Part shown: positions 29,134 through 39,504 of the stretch, piece by piece
How positions within the stretch are numbered: position 1 is the first letter of the stretch
Layout: each line of letters starts with the position of its first letter
Origin: Pelagibacteraceae bacterium AG-422-B15
GTDB lineage: Bacteria; Pseudomonadota; Alphaproteobacteria; Pelagibacterales; AG-422-B15
Reading direction: 5' to 3'
NCBI GenBank assembly: GCA_905182345.1
Contig: CAJJBG010000004.1
Location: forward strand, 1,476 to 65,475
Length of the DNA stretch: 64,000 nucleotides
Notes under the pieces: generated by a model
The model's database searches: none
The model's input: the letters and a program-made list of their open reading frames with translations, nothing else
What the model was told of the DNA's origin: nothing
Translations under genes and position numbers: made by a program

Positions 29134-30206
29134 TCTGATATCAATTTTATATCTGAATATTTACCAAGAAAAGTAAGTGAAATATTATTTTCTGATAAAA
29201 TTAGTTTTAGTTTACTTAGATTGCCATCAAAATAGATTGTACCCATTAAATTATTAATTTCATAATATTCAATGTCTACTTTTTTTATAGTCTTAATATT
29301 AGACATTTTTTTTTCAATTGCAGACCAAGTTTTTAAATCAGTGTCAATCACTCTAATTTTGTAAGGAGTAGTGATGTCAAAAGTAGAAGTGCTTTCAATC
29401 CATAAATTAAACAGTTCCTTGCTTAATTTAACAACTGAATTTTTTATCAAATCAACACTTACTTCGTCTTCTTGAATAATATATTTTTTTGTAAGTGTAA
29501 AAGTTCTTTCCTTGAATATACATTTAATTATAACATTAATTTCGTCATTATTTTTATTTTGAATATAGTTTGCCCATAATAAAATGTTGTTACTTTGGCC
29601 ATTTAAAAACATTTCCTCACTAATGTTTAGGCTCAAAAATTCATCTAATGATAAGCTTGGATTATTAAGATTAAGTCTTTCAGTAATTTTAAGATTAAAT
29701 AAGCCATCATTTTTATTTGATTCTTTCCAAGTATTATTCCAGATATCTTCAAACTCTATTTGATTGAAATTTGATGAAAGTATAGGGACAAGGTTGACTA
29801 GTCTAGATTCAGTTTCAGAGTAAATAATTTTATTTTTTTCAAAAAATTCTCTAACACGTTCTGGATTAAAATTTATTGTAAAATTTGCCTTATACCCTGT
29901 ATCAAGAATCAGCTCTTCTTTAAGCTCTACCCCACTAACAAGTTTATTTAAAATATTATTATCTATTGGAAACAACTTATAAATTTCTTCCGGGTGAACA
30001 ATTGGCTCTATCATTTTTTCAAAAGCTTCATGCTGAGCTTTTGTTATTGCTTTGTTTCTTATATCAGCGGTATTGGCGCTATCAATTTTAATTAATATAT
30101 TTGTAATAATATATCTTGATTTGCTAAAAGCATTGTTTATAGAAAAAAAAGATATGCAATATAGTGCTAAGAAGATTATAATTAGACGATTCATTGTATA
30201 TTTCAT
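29130..30206 (-). CDS. Exported hypothetical protein (possibly DUF2066-like by position between purM and pgsA/hda)
   Basis: 358 aa. Signal peptide (IIIFLALYCISFFSINNAFS) and no recognisable catalytic motif. The family assignment rests on remembered synteny only. Confidence 0.45.
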   Translation of the reverse strand: MKYTMNRLIIIFLALYCISFFSINNAFSKSRYIITNILIKIDSANTADIRNKAITKAQHEAFEKMIEPIVHPEEIYKLFPIDNNILNKLVSGVELKEELILDTGYKANFTINFNPERVREFFEKNKIIYSETESRLVNLVPILSSNFNQIEFEDIWNNTWKESNKNDGLFNLKITERLNLNNPSLSLDEFLSLNISEEMFLNGQSNNILLWANYIQNKNNDEINVIIKCIFKERTFTLTKKYIIQEDEVSVDLIKNSVVKLSKELFNLWIESTSTFDITTPYKIRVIDTDLKTWSAIEKKMSNIKTIKKVDIEYYEINNLMGTIYFDGNLSKLKLILSENNISLTFLGKYSDIKLISE

Positions 30207-30228
30207 AAAGCTCTTATATAAATTAAAT

Positions 30229-31281
30229 ATGTCAAAATATAGCTATAGTAAGTCCGGTGTCGATATAGATAAAGGTAATAAATTTGTCGAAAATATCAAA
30301 AAAACTATTAAAAATGATAAGAAGAAGACTACAAATGAGTCTGTTATAGGTGGTTTTGCTGGGCTTTACAAACTTAGTAACATTAAAAATAGTCCGTATT
30401 TAGTTGCTGCAACAGATGGTGTGGGAACAAAGCTTGAGATTGCAAATACCCTAAATAACCATAAAACTATTGGAATTGATCTTGTTGCCATGTGTGTGAA
30501 TGATATTATTGTAAGTGGCGCCAAACCATTATTTTTCTTAGATTATATAGCTACTGGTAAACTCGATATTAAAAAAAGCACTGATGTAATTAGAGGAATT
30601 CTAAACGGCTGCAATCAATCAGGCTGTCAATTGCTTGGTGGTGAAACTGCTGAAATGCCAGGATTTTATGCGTCTGGTAAGTATGACATTGCTGGATTTG
30701 GTGTTGGACTACTTGAAAGAAATCTTATTAAAAAGGAAAAAGTACAGAAAAATGATATTATTATTGGTGTAAAGTCTTCTGGGCTTCATTCTAATGGCTA
30801 CTCATTAATTCGAAAAATAATTAAAGATAAAAAAATTTCATTAAATAAATTTTTTTCTTTTGATAAAAAGAAGACGATTGGAGCATATCTTTTAGAACCA
30901 ACTTTAATTTATGTTAATTTAATCTTAGAGCTTTATAAAAAAAATCTTATTAAGTCTTGTGCGCATATAACTGGTGGGGGTGTAATTGAAAACTTGCCTC
31001 GTGTTCTTGATTCAAAATTTCAAGCAAACATAAATTTAGATAATTGGGAATTAAGTAAATTATATAAATGGATACTTTCTTGTGGAGTTAATGAAAATGA
31101 ACTGCTAAAGACTTTCAATGCTGGCTATGGCATGACATTGATTGCTAAAAAAGATAATGAAGAAAAAATTGAAAAAATTATAAAAAAATATAAATTTAAA
31201 TCATCTTCACTAGGATATATATCACTCAAAAAAAATATCAAAGATAGGCCTGTCTTCCTATTTGGTACATTAACTAAATGA
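30229..31281 (+). CDS. purM: Phosphoribosylformylglycinamidine cyclo-ligase (AIR synthetase)
   Basis: MSKYSYSKSGVDIDKGN... start at 30229. The track ORF start (30052) is antisense overlap with the neighbour. DGVGTKL motif present. Confidence 0.95.
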   Translation: MSKYSYSKSGVDIDKGNKFVENIKKTIKNDKKKTTNESVIGGFAGLYKLSNIKNSPYLVAATDGVGTKLEIANTLNNHKTIGIDLVAMCVNDIIVSGAKPLFFLDYIATGKLDIKKSTDVIRGILNGCNQSGCQLLGGETAEMPGFYASGKYDIAGFGVGLLERNLIKKEKVQKNDIIIGVKSSGLHSNGYSLIRKIIKDKKISLNKFFSFDKKKTIGAYLLEPTLIYVNLILELYKKNLIKSCAHITGGGVIENLPRVLDSKFQANINLDNWELSKLYKWILSCGVNENELLKTFNAGYGMTLIAKKDNEEKIEKIIKKYKFKSSSLGYISLKKNIKDRPVFLFGTLTK

Positions 31282-31844
31282 AGAAACAAATTGTTGTTTT
31301 AATTTCTGGTCGTGGCTCGAACTTGCAATCAATAATTTCTAATTCACTGAATGAAGATTTTCCAGGAGAAGTTTCCTTGGTAATTTCTGATAATAGAGAT
31401 GCTTTAGGTTTAAATATAGCTATTAAGAATAATATCCCCTATTGCATAGTGGAAAGAAAACAATTTGATTCTAATATCACTTTTGAAAGATGTATTTCAG
31501 AACATATTAACAAGTATAATGCATCACTAATATGTCTTGCTGGCTTTATGAAAATATTATCAAATGAATTTATTGCTTTGTTTAAGGATAAAATCATTAA
31601 TATCCACCCTTCACTACTTCCAAAATACAAAGGGCTTAACACGCATCAGCGAGTCTTAGAATCTAAAGATGAAATTTCTGGCTGCACTGTGCACTTTGTT
31701 AATGGTGAGGTTGATAGCGGTAATATTATACTTCAAGAAAGTGTGCCTATAAATAATAATGAAACCATAGAAACTCTAAGTAAAAAAATTTTAGAGGTCG
31801 AACATAGAATCTACCCTGCTGCAATAAAACAATTGTTAAGTTAA
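31278..31844 (+). CDS. purN: Phosphoribosylglycinamide formyltransferase
   Basis: 188 aa. INIHPSLLPKYKG and HFVNGEVDSG motifs. ATGA overlap with purM. Confidence 0.95.
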   Translation: MKKQIVVLISGRGSNLQSIISNSLNEDFPGEVSLVISDNRDALGLNIAIKNNIPYCIVERKQFDSNITFERCISEHINKYNASLICLAGFMKILSNEFIALFKDKIINIHPSLLPKYKGLNTHQRVLESKDEISGCTVHFVNGEVDSGNIILQESVPINNNETIETLSKKILEVEHRIYPAAIKQLLS

Positions 31845-31853
31845 AGTATTTAA

Positions 31854-32276
31854 CTAGGGGTGAATTTGATCTTCTGTAAAAAAGTGAGCTATTTCTATGG
31901 CCGCATTTTCAATGCTGTCTGAGCCATGAACTGAGTTTTTCTCTAAAGATACAGCGTGTACTTTTCTTATCGTTCCGTCCTCAGCTTCTTCTGGATTAGT
32001 AGCTCCCATAAGCTCTCTATTTTTTTTAACAGCATTTTCTCCCTCTAACACTTGAACGATAATAGGACCTGAGCACATAAAATCACATAAACTTTGAAAG
32101 AATGGTCTTTCTGAATGCACACCATAAAATTCTGCAGCTTTTTCTTGGGTCATCCTAACTCTTCTAGAGGCGATTACTTTTAAGCCAGCTTTTTCAATCA
32201 TAGCTGTTACAGATCCAACTAAATTTCTTTCAGTTGCATCAGGTTTAATCATAGAAAAAGTTCTTTCAATAGTCAT
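31854..32276 (-). CDS. ndk: Nucleoside diphosphate kinase
   Basis: 140 aa. [10 protein letters not shown] and active-site NSVHGSDS. Confidence 0.97.
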   Translation of the reverse strand: MTIERTFSMIKPDATERNLVGSVTAMIEKAGLKVIASRRVRMTQEKAAEFYGVHSERPFFQSLCDFMCSGPIIVQVLEGENAVKKNRELMGATNPEEAEDGTIRKVHAVSLEKNSVHGSDSIENAAIEIAHFFTEDQIHP

Positions 32277-32279
32277 TGT

Positions 32280-33785
32280 TTATTTTCCTTCATAATATTT
32301 GTTAATAAATCGATTTAATAATTTAACGCCAAACGCTGTAGAGCCTTTAGGTGAAGTTGGAAGTCCAGTCTTAGTCCATGTCGTTCCAGCAATATCTAAA
32401 TGTGCCCAAGGAGTCTTATTGACAAATCTTTGTAAGAATTGTGCTGCAGTTATAGATCCGGGCCCTCTTCCACTTGAGATATTTTGCATATCAGCGATCG
32501 GAGAATTTAACATCTTGTCATATTTGTCATTAAGAGGAAATCTCCATAATTTTTCATCCTCAATTTTTCCAGCCTCTTCTAGTTGTTTGCTCAGCATGTC
32601 ATTATTTGAGAATAATCCAGCATACTCATCACCTAGCGCTACAACAATAGCGCCCGTCAAGGTTGCCAGATCAACCATAAATTCAGGCTTATATTGCTCT
32701 TGCGTGTAATAAAGAGCATCAGCAAGGACTAACCGACCTTCAGCATCCGTATTTAAGACTTCAATAGTTTGCCCTGAATACGAAGTTATAACATCACTAG
32801 GTCTAGTTGCCATGTTTCCAATATGATTTTCAACGAGTCCTACGACGCCAATAACATTAACTTTAGCTTTTCTTAGTGCAAGGGTTTTCATTAATCCTAT
32901 TACAACACCAGAGCCACCCATATCATATTTCATCTCTTCCATTCCATTGGCAGGTTTTAATGAAACTCCACCGGTATCAAATGAAACACCTTTACCTACA
33001 AATGCTAGCGGTTTCTTTTTTTTATTTTTATGACCTGTCCATTTCATAATAGCTAATTTTGATTCATGCTCACTACCTCTTCCAACACTTAATAACGACC
33101 CCATACCAAGTTTTGTCATTTCTTTTTCACCTAAAATTTTCACATCAACCCCTAATTTTTTAAGCGATTCTGCATTTTTAGCGAGCTCTGGAGGGGTCAT
33201 AATGTTTGGTGGCTCAGTAACAAGATTTCTTGTCATGGTAACACCCTCTGATATGGCTGTAATATTAGAATAATTTTTATCAATTTTTGAATAATTGCTT
33301 GAATATATTTTTACTTTGGTAGCTTTAACTTCTTTTTTATTAAGTGTTTTATATTTATTAAATTTGTATGAAGCCAATAAAGAGCCAAGTAACATTTCAG
33401 AAATCCCGTTAACTGAACTTATGTTTCTAGAAACTATCCCATCAGGATAAATACCCACATTATCTTCTTGATAAAATGAAATTAACGAATGCAAGTAACC
33501 TCCTAAAACTTGAAAATCTCGAATCGTAAACTTAGTGAAATCTTTTAGCCTAAAAACATACACTTTACTCAAATTCAGATTTGCAGGGGCATGAATGACA
33601 GCATAGTCAAATATTTTTGATTTTCGTTTTAAAAAAGAGGAGTCATTATTAATTGTATTAGATAGCTCTTTTTTTGATAGTTGATCTAATTTTTTTGCAA
33701 ATCCTAATAATTTGCTTTTAGCGTCACAAAAGACTATTGCTACATGATCTTTTTCTATGACTAGCTTTTTAAACTGAAAATCCAT
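32280..33785 (-). CDS. pepA: Leucyl aminopeptidase (M17)
   Basis: 501 aa. NTDAEGRLVLAD signature and VGKGVSFDTGG. Confidence 0.95.
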   Translation of the reverse strand: MDFQFKKLVIEKDHVAIVFCDAKSKLLGFAKKLDQLSKKELSNTINNDSSFLKRKSKIFDYAVIHAPANLNLSKVYVFRLKDFTKFTIRDFQVLGGYLHSLISFYQEDNVGIYPDGIVSRNISSVNGISEMLLGSLLASYKFNKYKTLNKKEVKATKVKIYSSNYSKIDKNYSNITAISEGVTMTRNLVTEPPNIMTPPELAKNAESLKKLGVDVKILGEKEMTKLGMGSLLSVGRGSEHESKLAIMKWTGHKNKKKKPLAFVGKGVSFDTGGVSLKPANGMEEMKYDMGGSGVVIGLMKTLALRKAKVNVIGVVGLVENHIGNMATRPSDVITSYSGQTIEVLNTDAEGRLVLADALYYTQEQYKPEFMVDLATLTGAIVVALGDEYAGLFSNNDMLSKQLEEAGKIEDEKLWRFPLNDKYDKMLNSPIADMQNISSGRGPGSITAAQFLQRFVNKTPWAHLDIAGTTWTKTGLPTSPKGSTAFGVKLLNRFINKYYEGK

Positions 33786-33831
33786 TGTATTATGTACCTT
33801 TAAAAAAATATTGATATAATTGAAAAATAAT

Positions 33832-34932
33832 ATGTCCCGAATATCAATATATGTAATTAAAGAGATTACTTCAAGTTTTCTGTTTATTTTTTCACTTTTG
33901 ACAGTTGTTATTTGGCTTAGCCAAGCTCTAAGACATTTAGACTTACTTTCTAATGACAGCGTTTCAATATCTACTTATTTTACTTATGCAATTTTACTTC
34001 TACCAAAACTATCATTGATCACAATTCCTATATCTATATTTTTAGGCATAATATTTGGTATTAACAAACTAAGATTAGACAGTGAGCTGATTATATTTGG
34101 ATCTACTGGAAACTCTAATAGAGATATATTATTTAAGCCACTAGCATTTATTAGTATAATATTTTTTTTAATTGTTTTATTTTTAAGCACATACTTAGTT
34201 CCAATTTGCTCAGCGGAAATCAGAAATAAAATAACTGAGATTCGAAATTCTAACATTGATACTTCCATACTTAAAGAACGAAGGTTTATTACACCTGACA
34301 GTAATTTGACTGTTTTTTTTAAAAAAATAATAGATCAAGATATATATGGAATACTTTTGCACGATCGTACTGAAGAAAATAATGTTAAAACATACTTAGC
34401 TAAAAGCGGTTATTTAAATAGTGAAAATGGTAATAGTTCAATTCTCTTGTACAATGGAACAATGCAAATCTATGATTCAAAGAGTCAAAATATATCTGAA
34501 ATTGACTTTGAAAGCTACTCTGTGGACTTAAGAGCATTTAATAAGGCTGAAAAAAAATTTTACTATGCTGATGAAAAATCAACTTCAAGCCTATTAAATA
34601 AAATTTTAAATAATGAAAATAATAGAGAAGAATATGGTATTTTTCACAGTAGATTTGTGAAGGCTTTATATGTATTCGCACTAGTCTTCTTACCGCTCAT
34701 TATATTTAAGTTAATAAAAAAACCAGATGATAAGTCAGGTTTCATTATAGCATTAATTTTATTTAGTGGCCTATTTATAAAATTTTTTGAAATTACAATG
34801 GAGAGTCTGTTAATTGAAAATAATGATCTCATATTCATGAGCTACCTATCTCCAGTTGTATTCATAATAATAATATTTTTTACCCTCTTCATAAAAGCTA
34901 ATATATTTAAAAATTTTACCAAAGTTAACTAA
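33832..34932 (+). CDS. lptF: LPS export ABC permease LptF
   Basis: 6-TM YjgP/YjgQ-type permease, divergent from pepA as in E. coli. ATG 33832 preferred over TTG 33820. Confidence 0.8.
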   Translation: MSRISIYVIKEITSSFLFIFSLLTVVIWLSQALRHLDLLSNDSVSISTYFTYAILLLPKLSLITIPISIFLGIIFGINKLRLDSELIIFGSTGNSNRDILFKPLAFISIIFFLIVLFLSTYLVPICSAEIRNKITEIRNSNIDTSILKERRFITPDSNLTVFFKKIIDQDIYGILLHDRTEENNVKTYLAKSGYLNSENGNSSILLYNGTMQIYDSKSQNISEIDFESYSVDLRAFNKAEKKFYYADEKSTSSLLNKILNNENNREEYGIFHSRFVKALYVFALVFLPLIIFKLIKKPDDKSGFIIALILFSGLFIKFFEITMESLLIENNDLIFMSYLSPVVFIIIIFFTLFIKANIFKNFTKVN

Positions 34933-34934
34933 AA

Positions 34935-36032
34935 ATGTTTTCAAAACTAAATATCTATTTATTAAAAAATTTTATATATACTTTTTTTATTATTTTTATT
35001 TTAATTACTTTATTAGTACTTTTTTCAGATTTAATAGAGCAATTTAGAAAAGCTACTAATAAAAATGTGCCAATAGAAATAATATTTAAATTAGCTATAT
35101 TAAACATACCGTCACTTAGCTTTACCACGCTACCTATTGTAATATTTTTTTCTACAATCATTTGTTATTTGAAGCTAATAAGGAATTCTGAATATATAGT
35201 TATGGGCTCTTCTGGGATGTCTTCTCTTCAGCTTGCTAAAGCTCCCATCTTAATTTTCTTCTTAATCTCAATATTCTTTGTACTTATTGTAAATCCTATT
35301 TCAGCTGTATTTCAAAAAGAGTTTCAAGAATTAGATTATAAGCACATTAAAAGAATGGACAGAATGACTTCAGTTTCCAAAAATGGAATATGGCTAATGC
35401 AAGAAAATCAAAGCGGTATAACAAACATTATATACGCCAAGAACATTAAAGATGAGGGCGCCACATTAATTAATTTTATGCTCCTTGAGTATGATCAAGA
35501 TAATGATTTTAAGGGTCGTATTGATGGAAAAGAAGCAAAATTAGCTAATAGTAAATGGCTTATGTATGATGTTTTATACACAAAGGATGAAGATAAGCCA
35601 AAATTTTATAGTTATTTAGAATACAGCGCTTCAATCAACAGGGAAGATATAAAGAATAGCTTGTCCGCCCCTGAGATGATGTCATTCATACAACTTGGCT
35701 CATTCATATATATACTTGAAAAACTTGGCTATTCCGCCAATGATTATAAAGTATATTTTTATAATATAGTATTTATGCCATTAACTATTATTGGACTAGT
35801 TCTTCTTGCTACCACCATAATAGTAGATATTAAACAAAATGATAAATATGCAAAAGTTGTAATATTTTCTTTTTTGATAATTTTTATCTATTTTTTTACC
35901 TCCAACTTGATGAGTGCTCTGGGCGAAAATTCTAAAGTCAATCCACTTATTTCATCTTTAATTACCCCACTTATGATTTTTATAATGTCATTTGGAATAA
36001 ATAAATATAAAAAACTAATTAGAAAATCATGA
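34935..36032 (+). CDS. lptG: LPS export ABC permease LptG
   Basis: 365 aa. Paralog of the preceding gene, located directly after lptF. Confidence 0.8.
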   Translation: MFSKLNIYLLKNFIYTFFIIFILITLLVLFSDLIEQFRKATNKNVPIEIIFKLAILNIPSLSFTTLPIVIFFSTIICYLKLIRNSEYIVMGSSGMSSLQLAKAPILIFFLISIFFVLIVNPISAVFQKEFQELDYKHIKRMDRMTSVSKNGIWLMQENQSGITNIIYAKNIKDEGATLINFMLLEYDQDNDFKGRIDGKEAKLANSKWLMYDVLYTKDEDKPKFYSYLEYSASINREDIKNSLSAPEMMSFIQLGSFIYILEKLGYSANDYKVYFYNIVFMPLTIIGLVLLATTIIVDIKQNDKYAKVVIFSFLIIFIYFFTSNLMSALGENSKVNPLISSLITPLMIFIMSFGINKYKKLIRKS

Positions 36033-38116
36033 CACAACTAATCAACTATAAATTTTATTTTTATCTTACGTTCTTACTTTATTGTATAGCTCTTACTTTT
36101 GCAACTTCGCTAGTTTACTCTGAAGACTCTGGCGAAACTTTATTGAAAGCTGATAAAATTGAAGTATCAAATGATGGTAATAAAATAAAGGCAGAGAGTA
36201 ATGTAAAAATTAAAAACTCTGATCTAACATTGGTGTCTGATAAGATAGAATATGATAAAGAAAAATTGGAGTTTGTAGCAAGTGGTAACATTAAATTATT
36301 AGATAAATTTAATAATAATTATTATTTTAATAAACTTTTAACAGGTGATAAATTTAATAATGCAATTGGTTCTAATGTTAAAATAAGATTAAAAGATGGG
36401 GCTAGAATTGTTGGGAGCTCATTTAACAGAACAGAATCAAATGTAAATAAAATAGATAATGCAACTTATACTCCATGCTTAAAAGAAAACTATGTGATTG
36501 AAAATTGTCCTGGCTGGAAACTTGATGCTAAAAGAGTTTATCACGATTCAAATAATAAAAATGTTTATTATGAAAATGCAACATTAAGCATATTAAACAT
36601 ACCTGTTCTATATGTTCCTTATTTCTCTCATCCAGATCCAAGTGTAAAAAAAAGATCAGGCATATTAATGCCTAGTGTAGCAGATGATAACACCCTTGGT
36701 ACCTCTATTTCTGTGCCTTTTTTTTACAATATTAGTTCTAATAAAGATCTTACAATTACGCCCTATATATTCTCTAAGGCAGACAACTATTATAATCTGA
36801 ACTATAGGTACTTATCAAAAAATCATCTTGTATCTATAGACACTAGTATTACTGACAATGAATCTGGGCAAGGGACTAGGAGTCACACTAATATTAATGG
36901 CGATGTCAGTAATCCCTACGGAGTATTTAACTATAAAATTGAAACAACTAACAATAATACTTACCTTAGAAAATACTACATTAATGATCTAACTGTATTA
37001 ACAAATAGTTTAAATTTTACAAAAGAAACAGATCATAGTTATCTTAGTTTTAACTCCTCTGCTTATGAGCATCTAAATAATAGCAATGAAAAAAAATGGG
37101 AATATATATACCCTAATGTTAAATATAATATCAACGCAACCGATCCTATATTAAAACGTAATTGGACAGTTGAATCAAATTTCTTAAACTACAAGGATAT
37201 AAACAAGAAAACGAAACAACAAATTTCTACTGAGATTCAGTCTATCAAAAAACATACCTCTTATGAAACTGGATTAGTTTTTGAAAATTACTTAAATAGT
37301 AGACTTGTCTATATTGATCAAAAATCAAATAATTATAGTCAGTTAAGAGTTTTTCCTCAGATAGGATCAAAAATATCATATCCTTTAAGCAGAGTAACGA
37401 CAGCTAGTGTGCAAACATTAGAGCCGATTATTATGCCAGTAATAGCTCCATATAACAATTATACAGGCAGCGTTGATATTAATAACGGTAATATTTTTTC
37501 ACTAAATAGAGCTACAGGCTATTCACAGTGGGAAGGTGGTCCAAGAGTTAATTATGGAGTAAACTGGCTAATAAGCAAAGACACTTACATAATAAACACT
37601 TTAATGGGTCAATCTATTAAGCTAAATAAAAATAAAACTGATACAGGTGATGAGATCTCACATTTCTTTATTGGCAACTCCTTAAATATATCCACTATTG
37701 GATATATTACAACCGACCTAATGATAGATAAAGATGATTTTTATATTAAAGATAATAATATAAATTCGTCTATTGAGCTTGGTAAAATTAAATTTGCTTT
37801 TGATTATGATTATGAGGCAGCAAATAAAATTAAAACTTCTGAACAAATTTCATTTGGTGCTAAAATTAGAATACTAAAAGATACACATTTAATAACGTCT
37901 ATTAGAAAAGATTTAATATCTGATAAAAGCATTGGTAATTCTGTAGGCTTATATTTTGAAAATGACTGTCTTGCTATAAACTTCGATCACTACCGAGATT
38001 TTACATCAATAAGTGATATAAAAAATTCACGTGGTTATAGCTTTACTATTACTTTAAAACCTTTTGGTACCAGCAAACAAGCTGGTAAGGTAAGAAATTT
38101 TGGACCAGAGCTATAA
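36029..38116 (+). CDS. lptD: LPS assembly outer-membrane protein LptD
   Basis: 695 aa. Signal sequence, N-terminal OstA-like region, large beta-barrel with an aromatic C-terminus. lptD-surA-rsmA order. Confidence 0.85.
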   Translation: MTQLINYKFYFYLTFLLYCIALTFATSLVYSEDSGETLLKADKIEVSNDGNKIKAESNVKIKNSDLTLVSDKIEYDKEKLEFVASGNIKLLDKFNNNYYFNKLLTGDKFNNAIGSNVKIRLKDGARIVGSSFNRTESNVNKIDNATYTPCLKENYVIENCPGWKLDAKRVYHDSNNKNVYYENATLSILNIPVLYVPYFSHPDPSVKKRSGILMPSVADDNTLGTSISVPFFYNISSNKDLTITPYIFSKADNYYNLNYRYLSKNHLVSIDTSITDNESGQGTRSHTNINGDVSNPYGVFNYKIETTNNNTYLRKYYINDLTVLTNSLNFTKETDHSYLSFNSSAYEHLNNSNEKKWEYIYPNVKYNINATDPILKRNWTVESNFLNYKDINKKTKQQISTEIQSIKKHTSYETGLVFENYLNSRLVYIDQKSNNYSQLRVFPQIGSKISYPLSRVTTASVQTLEPIIMPVIAPYNNYTGSVDINNGNIFSLNRATGYSQWEGGPRVNYGVNWLISKDTYIINTLMGQSIKLNKNKTDTGDEISHFFIGNSLNISTIGYITTDLMIDKDDFYIKDNNINSSIELGKIKFAFDYDYEAANKIKTSEQISFGAKIRILKDTHLITSIRKDLISDKSIGNSVGLYFENDCLAINFDHYRDFTSISDIKNSRGYSFTITLKPFGTSKQAGKVRNFGPEL

Positions 38117-38731
38117 ATGAAAAGATTATCAAAAATTATATCCTTATTTTTTATGGTTTCTTTTTTGATTGGCATAAATTTATCTATAGCTGAAGAAAAG
38201 AATTATAAAATTGTGAAGCTTGTTAACGACAAGGTTATAACAAGCTACGATTTAGAACAGAGAGTTAAGTTATTTGCAATTATTAACCAGGTGAATATTG
38301 ATCAAAACAACTACAAGGGTATTGCATCAAAAGTTTTGAATAATATAATTGATGAGTTATTACAGCTTGAAAAAATACAAGAATATAAAATCATAGTTTC
38401 AGAAAAAGAAGTTAATAATTATTTACAACGTATGTACAATAATAATGATTCTAATGTAAATGAGCTTTTTAATGTTCTAAAGGAGAATAAAATAAATTCT
38501 AATATCTTAAAAGATTATATTAAGGTGCAAATAGCATGGCAAGATCTTACAGCGCGACTCTACTATAGATCATCCAATGTAAATGAAGATGATTTAATAA
38601 AATATCTACAAGACAACCCAACTTCATCTAAAGAAGATGCTACAAATATTATGCTTCAAAATCAAATTCAACTGAGGGCTGAAAAGTACCTTAGAGACAT
38701 TAGAAGTGAAGCAAATATAGAAAACAGGTAG
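38117..38731 (+). CDS. surA: SurA-like periplasmic chaperone, N-terminal + C-tail module only (no parvulin PPIase domain)
   Basis: 204 aa. Signal peptide, SurA_N-like helices (ITSYDLEQRVKLFA...IDELLQLE), canonical position between lptD and rsmA. Confidence 0.65.
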   Translation: MKRLSKIISLFFMVSFLIGINLSIAEEKNYKIVKLVNDKVITSYDLEQRVKLFAIINQVNIDQNNYKGIASKVLNNIIDELLQLEKIQEYKIIVSEKEVNNYLQRMYNNNDSNVNELFNVLKENKINSNILKDYIKVQIAWQDLTARLYYRSSNVNEDDLIKYLQDNPTSSKEDATNIMLQNQIQLRAEKYLRDIRSEANIENR

Positions 38732-38734
38732 CTT

Positions 38735-39499
38735 TTGAAAATTAATGTTAAAAAGTCTCTTGGACAAAACTTTATCTTTGATAAAAATATTTTAATTAAA
38801 ATATCAAGCTTTATTAAATCAAACAAAGACACTACCATCATAGAGGTCGGCCCAGGTCCTGGAACGTTAACAACTTATTTGCAACAAAAAAGTTTTAAGA
38901 AGCTTTTGTTAATTGAAAAAGACGATAGACTAATAGGTAATTTAAATAATGAATTTCAAGAAAAAAATATAAAAATTATACATCATGATGCATTGAATTA
39001 TAATTATCAGCAGTCTGAAAACAATAATTCAATAATTGTAGGAAACTTACCTTTTAACATTGCAACAGAATTACTTTATATTTGGACAAAAATTGATAAT
39101 TGGCCGCCTGTACAAACAAAGATGGTTTTAATGTTTCAAAAAGAGGTCGCAAATCGAATTATAGCAATTCCAAATAATAAATCTTATGGAAAATTATCTG
39201 TGGTTATGCAATCTAGGTATAAAATTAAAAAACTCCTTGATGTCCCAGCTAAAGTATTTTCTCCACCCCCAAAGGTTGATGGAACTGTTTTAGAGTTTAT
39301 TCCTCATAATGAATTTAACTCAGTTCACATAGATAAAATTGATCAAATAGCAAAAATTGCTTTTTCCCAAAGAAGAAAAAAAATAAAAAATAACTTAAAA
39401 GATTACTTAAGTATATTAGATAGACTAGAAATTGATGTAAATTTAAGAGCAGAAAACTTAAGTGTTGAAAATTATTATTCTATAGCTAGATTAACTTAA
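38735..39499 (+). CDS. rsmA: 16S rRNA (adenine1518/1519-N6)-dimethyltransferase
   Basis: 254 aa, TTG start. SLGQNFI, EVGPGPGTLT and VGNLPFNI motifs. Confidence 0.93.
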   Translation: MKINVKKSLGQNFIFDKNILIKISSFIKSNKDTTIIEVGPGPGTLTTYLQQKSFKKLLLIEKDDRLIGNLNNEFQEKNIKIIHHDALNYNYQQSENNNSIIVGNLPFNIATELLYIWTKIDNWPPVQTKMVLMFQKEVANRIIAIPNNKSYGKLSVVMQSRYKIKKLLDVPAKVFSPPPKVDGTVLEFIPHNEFNSVHIDKIDQIAKIAFSQRRKKIKNNLKDYLSILDRLEIDVNLRAENLSVENYYSIARLT

Positions 39500-39504
39500 G
39501 TTAA
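39491..39504. repeat. 14-bp perfect palindrome TTAACTTAAGTTAA containing the rsmA and gmk stop codons
   Basis: Checked position by position. The two stops are separated by 1 nt. Confidence 0.85.

Noticed and set aside
30052-30228. N-terminal extensions in the track for purM (start 30052) and hda (start 28658).
   Set aside because: The extensions overlap the neighbouring genes and encode hydrophobic junk. The internal starts give canonical N-termini: purM ATG 30229 (MSKYSYSKSGVDIDKGN) and hda ATG 28592 or 28583.
32299-32709. Other track ORFs nested inside or antisense to strong genes. Examples: 136 aa in pepA, 112 aa at 59796-60134 in the EamA gene, 97 aa at 15129-15422 reading NQNQ through the rne repeat, and 60-98 aa ORFs in sufS, sufB, cysE, prfB, mrcA, nrdJ and panB.
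   Set aside because: Each fully overlaps a gene with unambiguous conserved motifs, has biased low-complexity composition and has no independent support. I treat them as frame artefacts.
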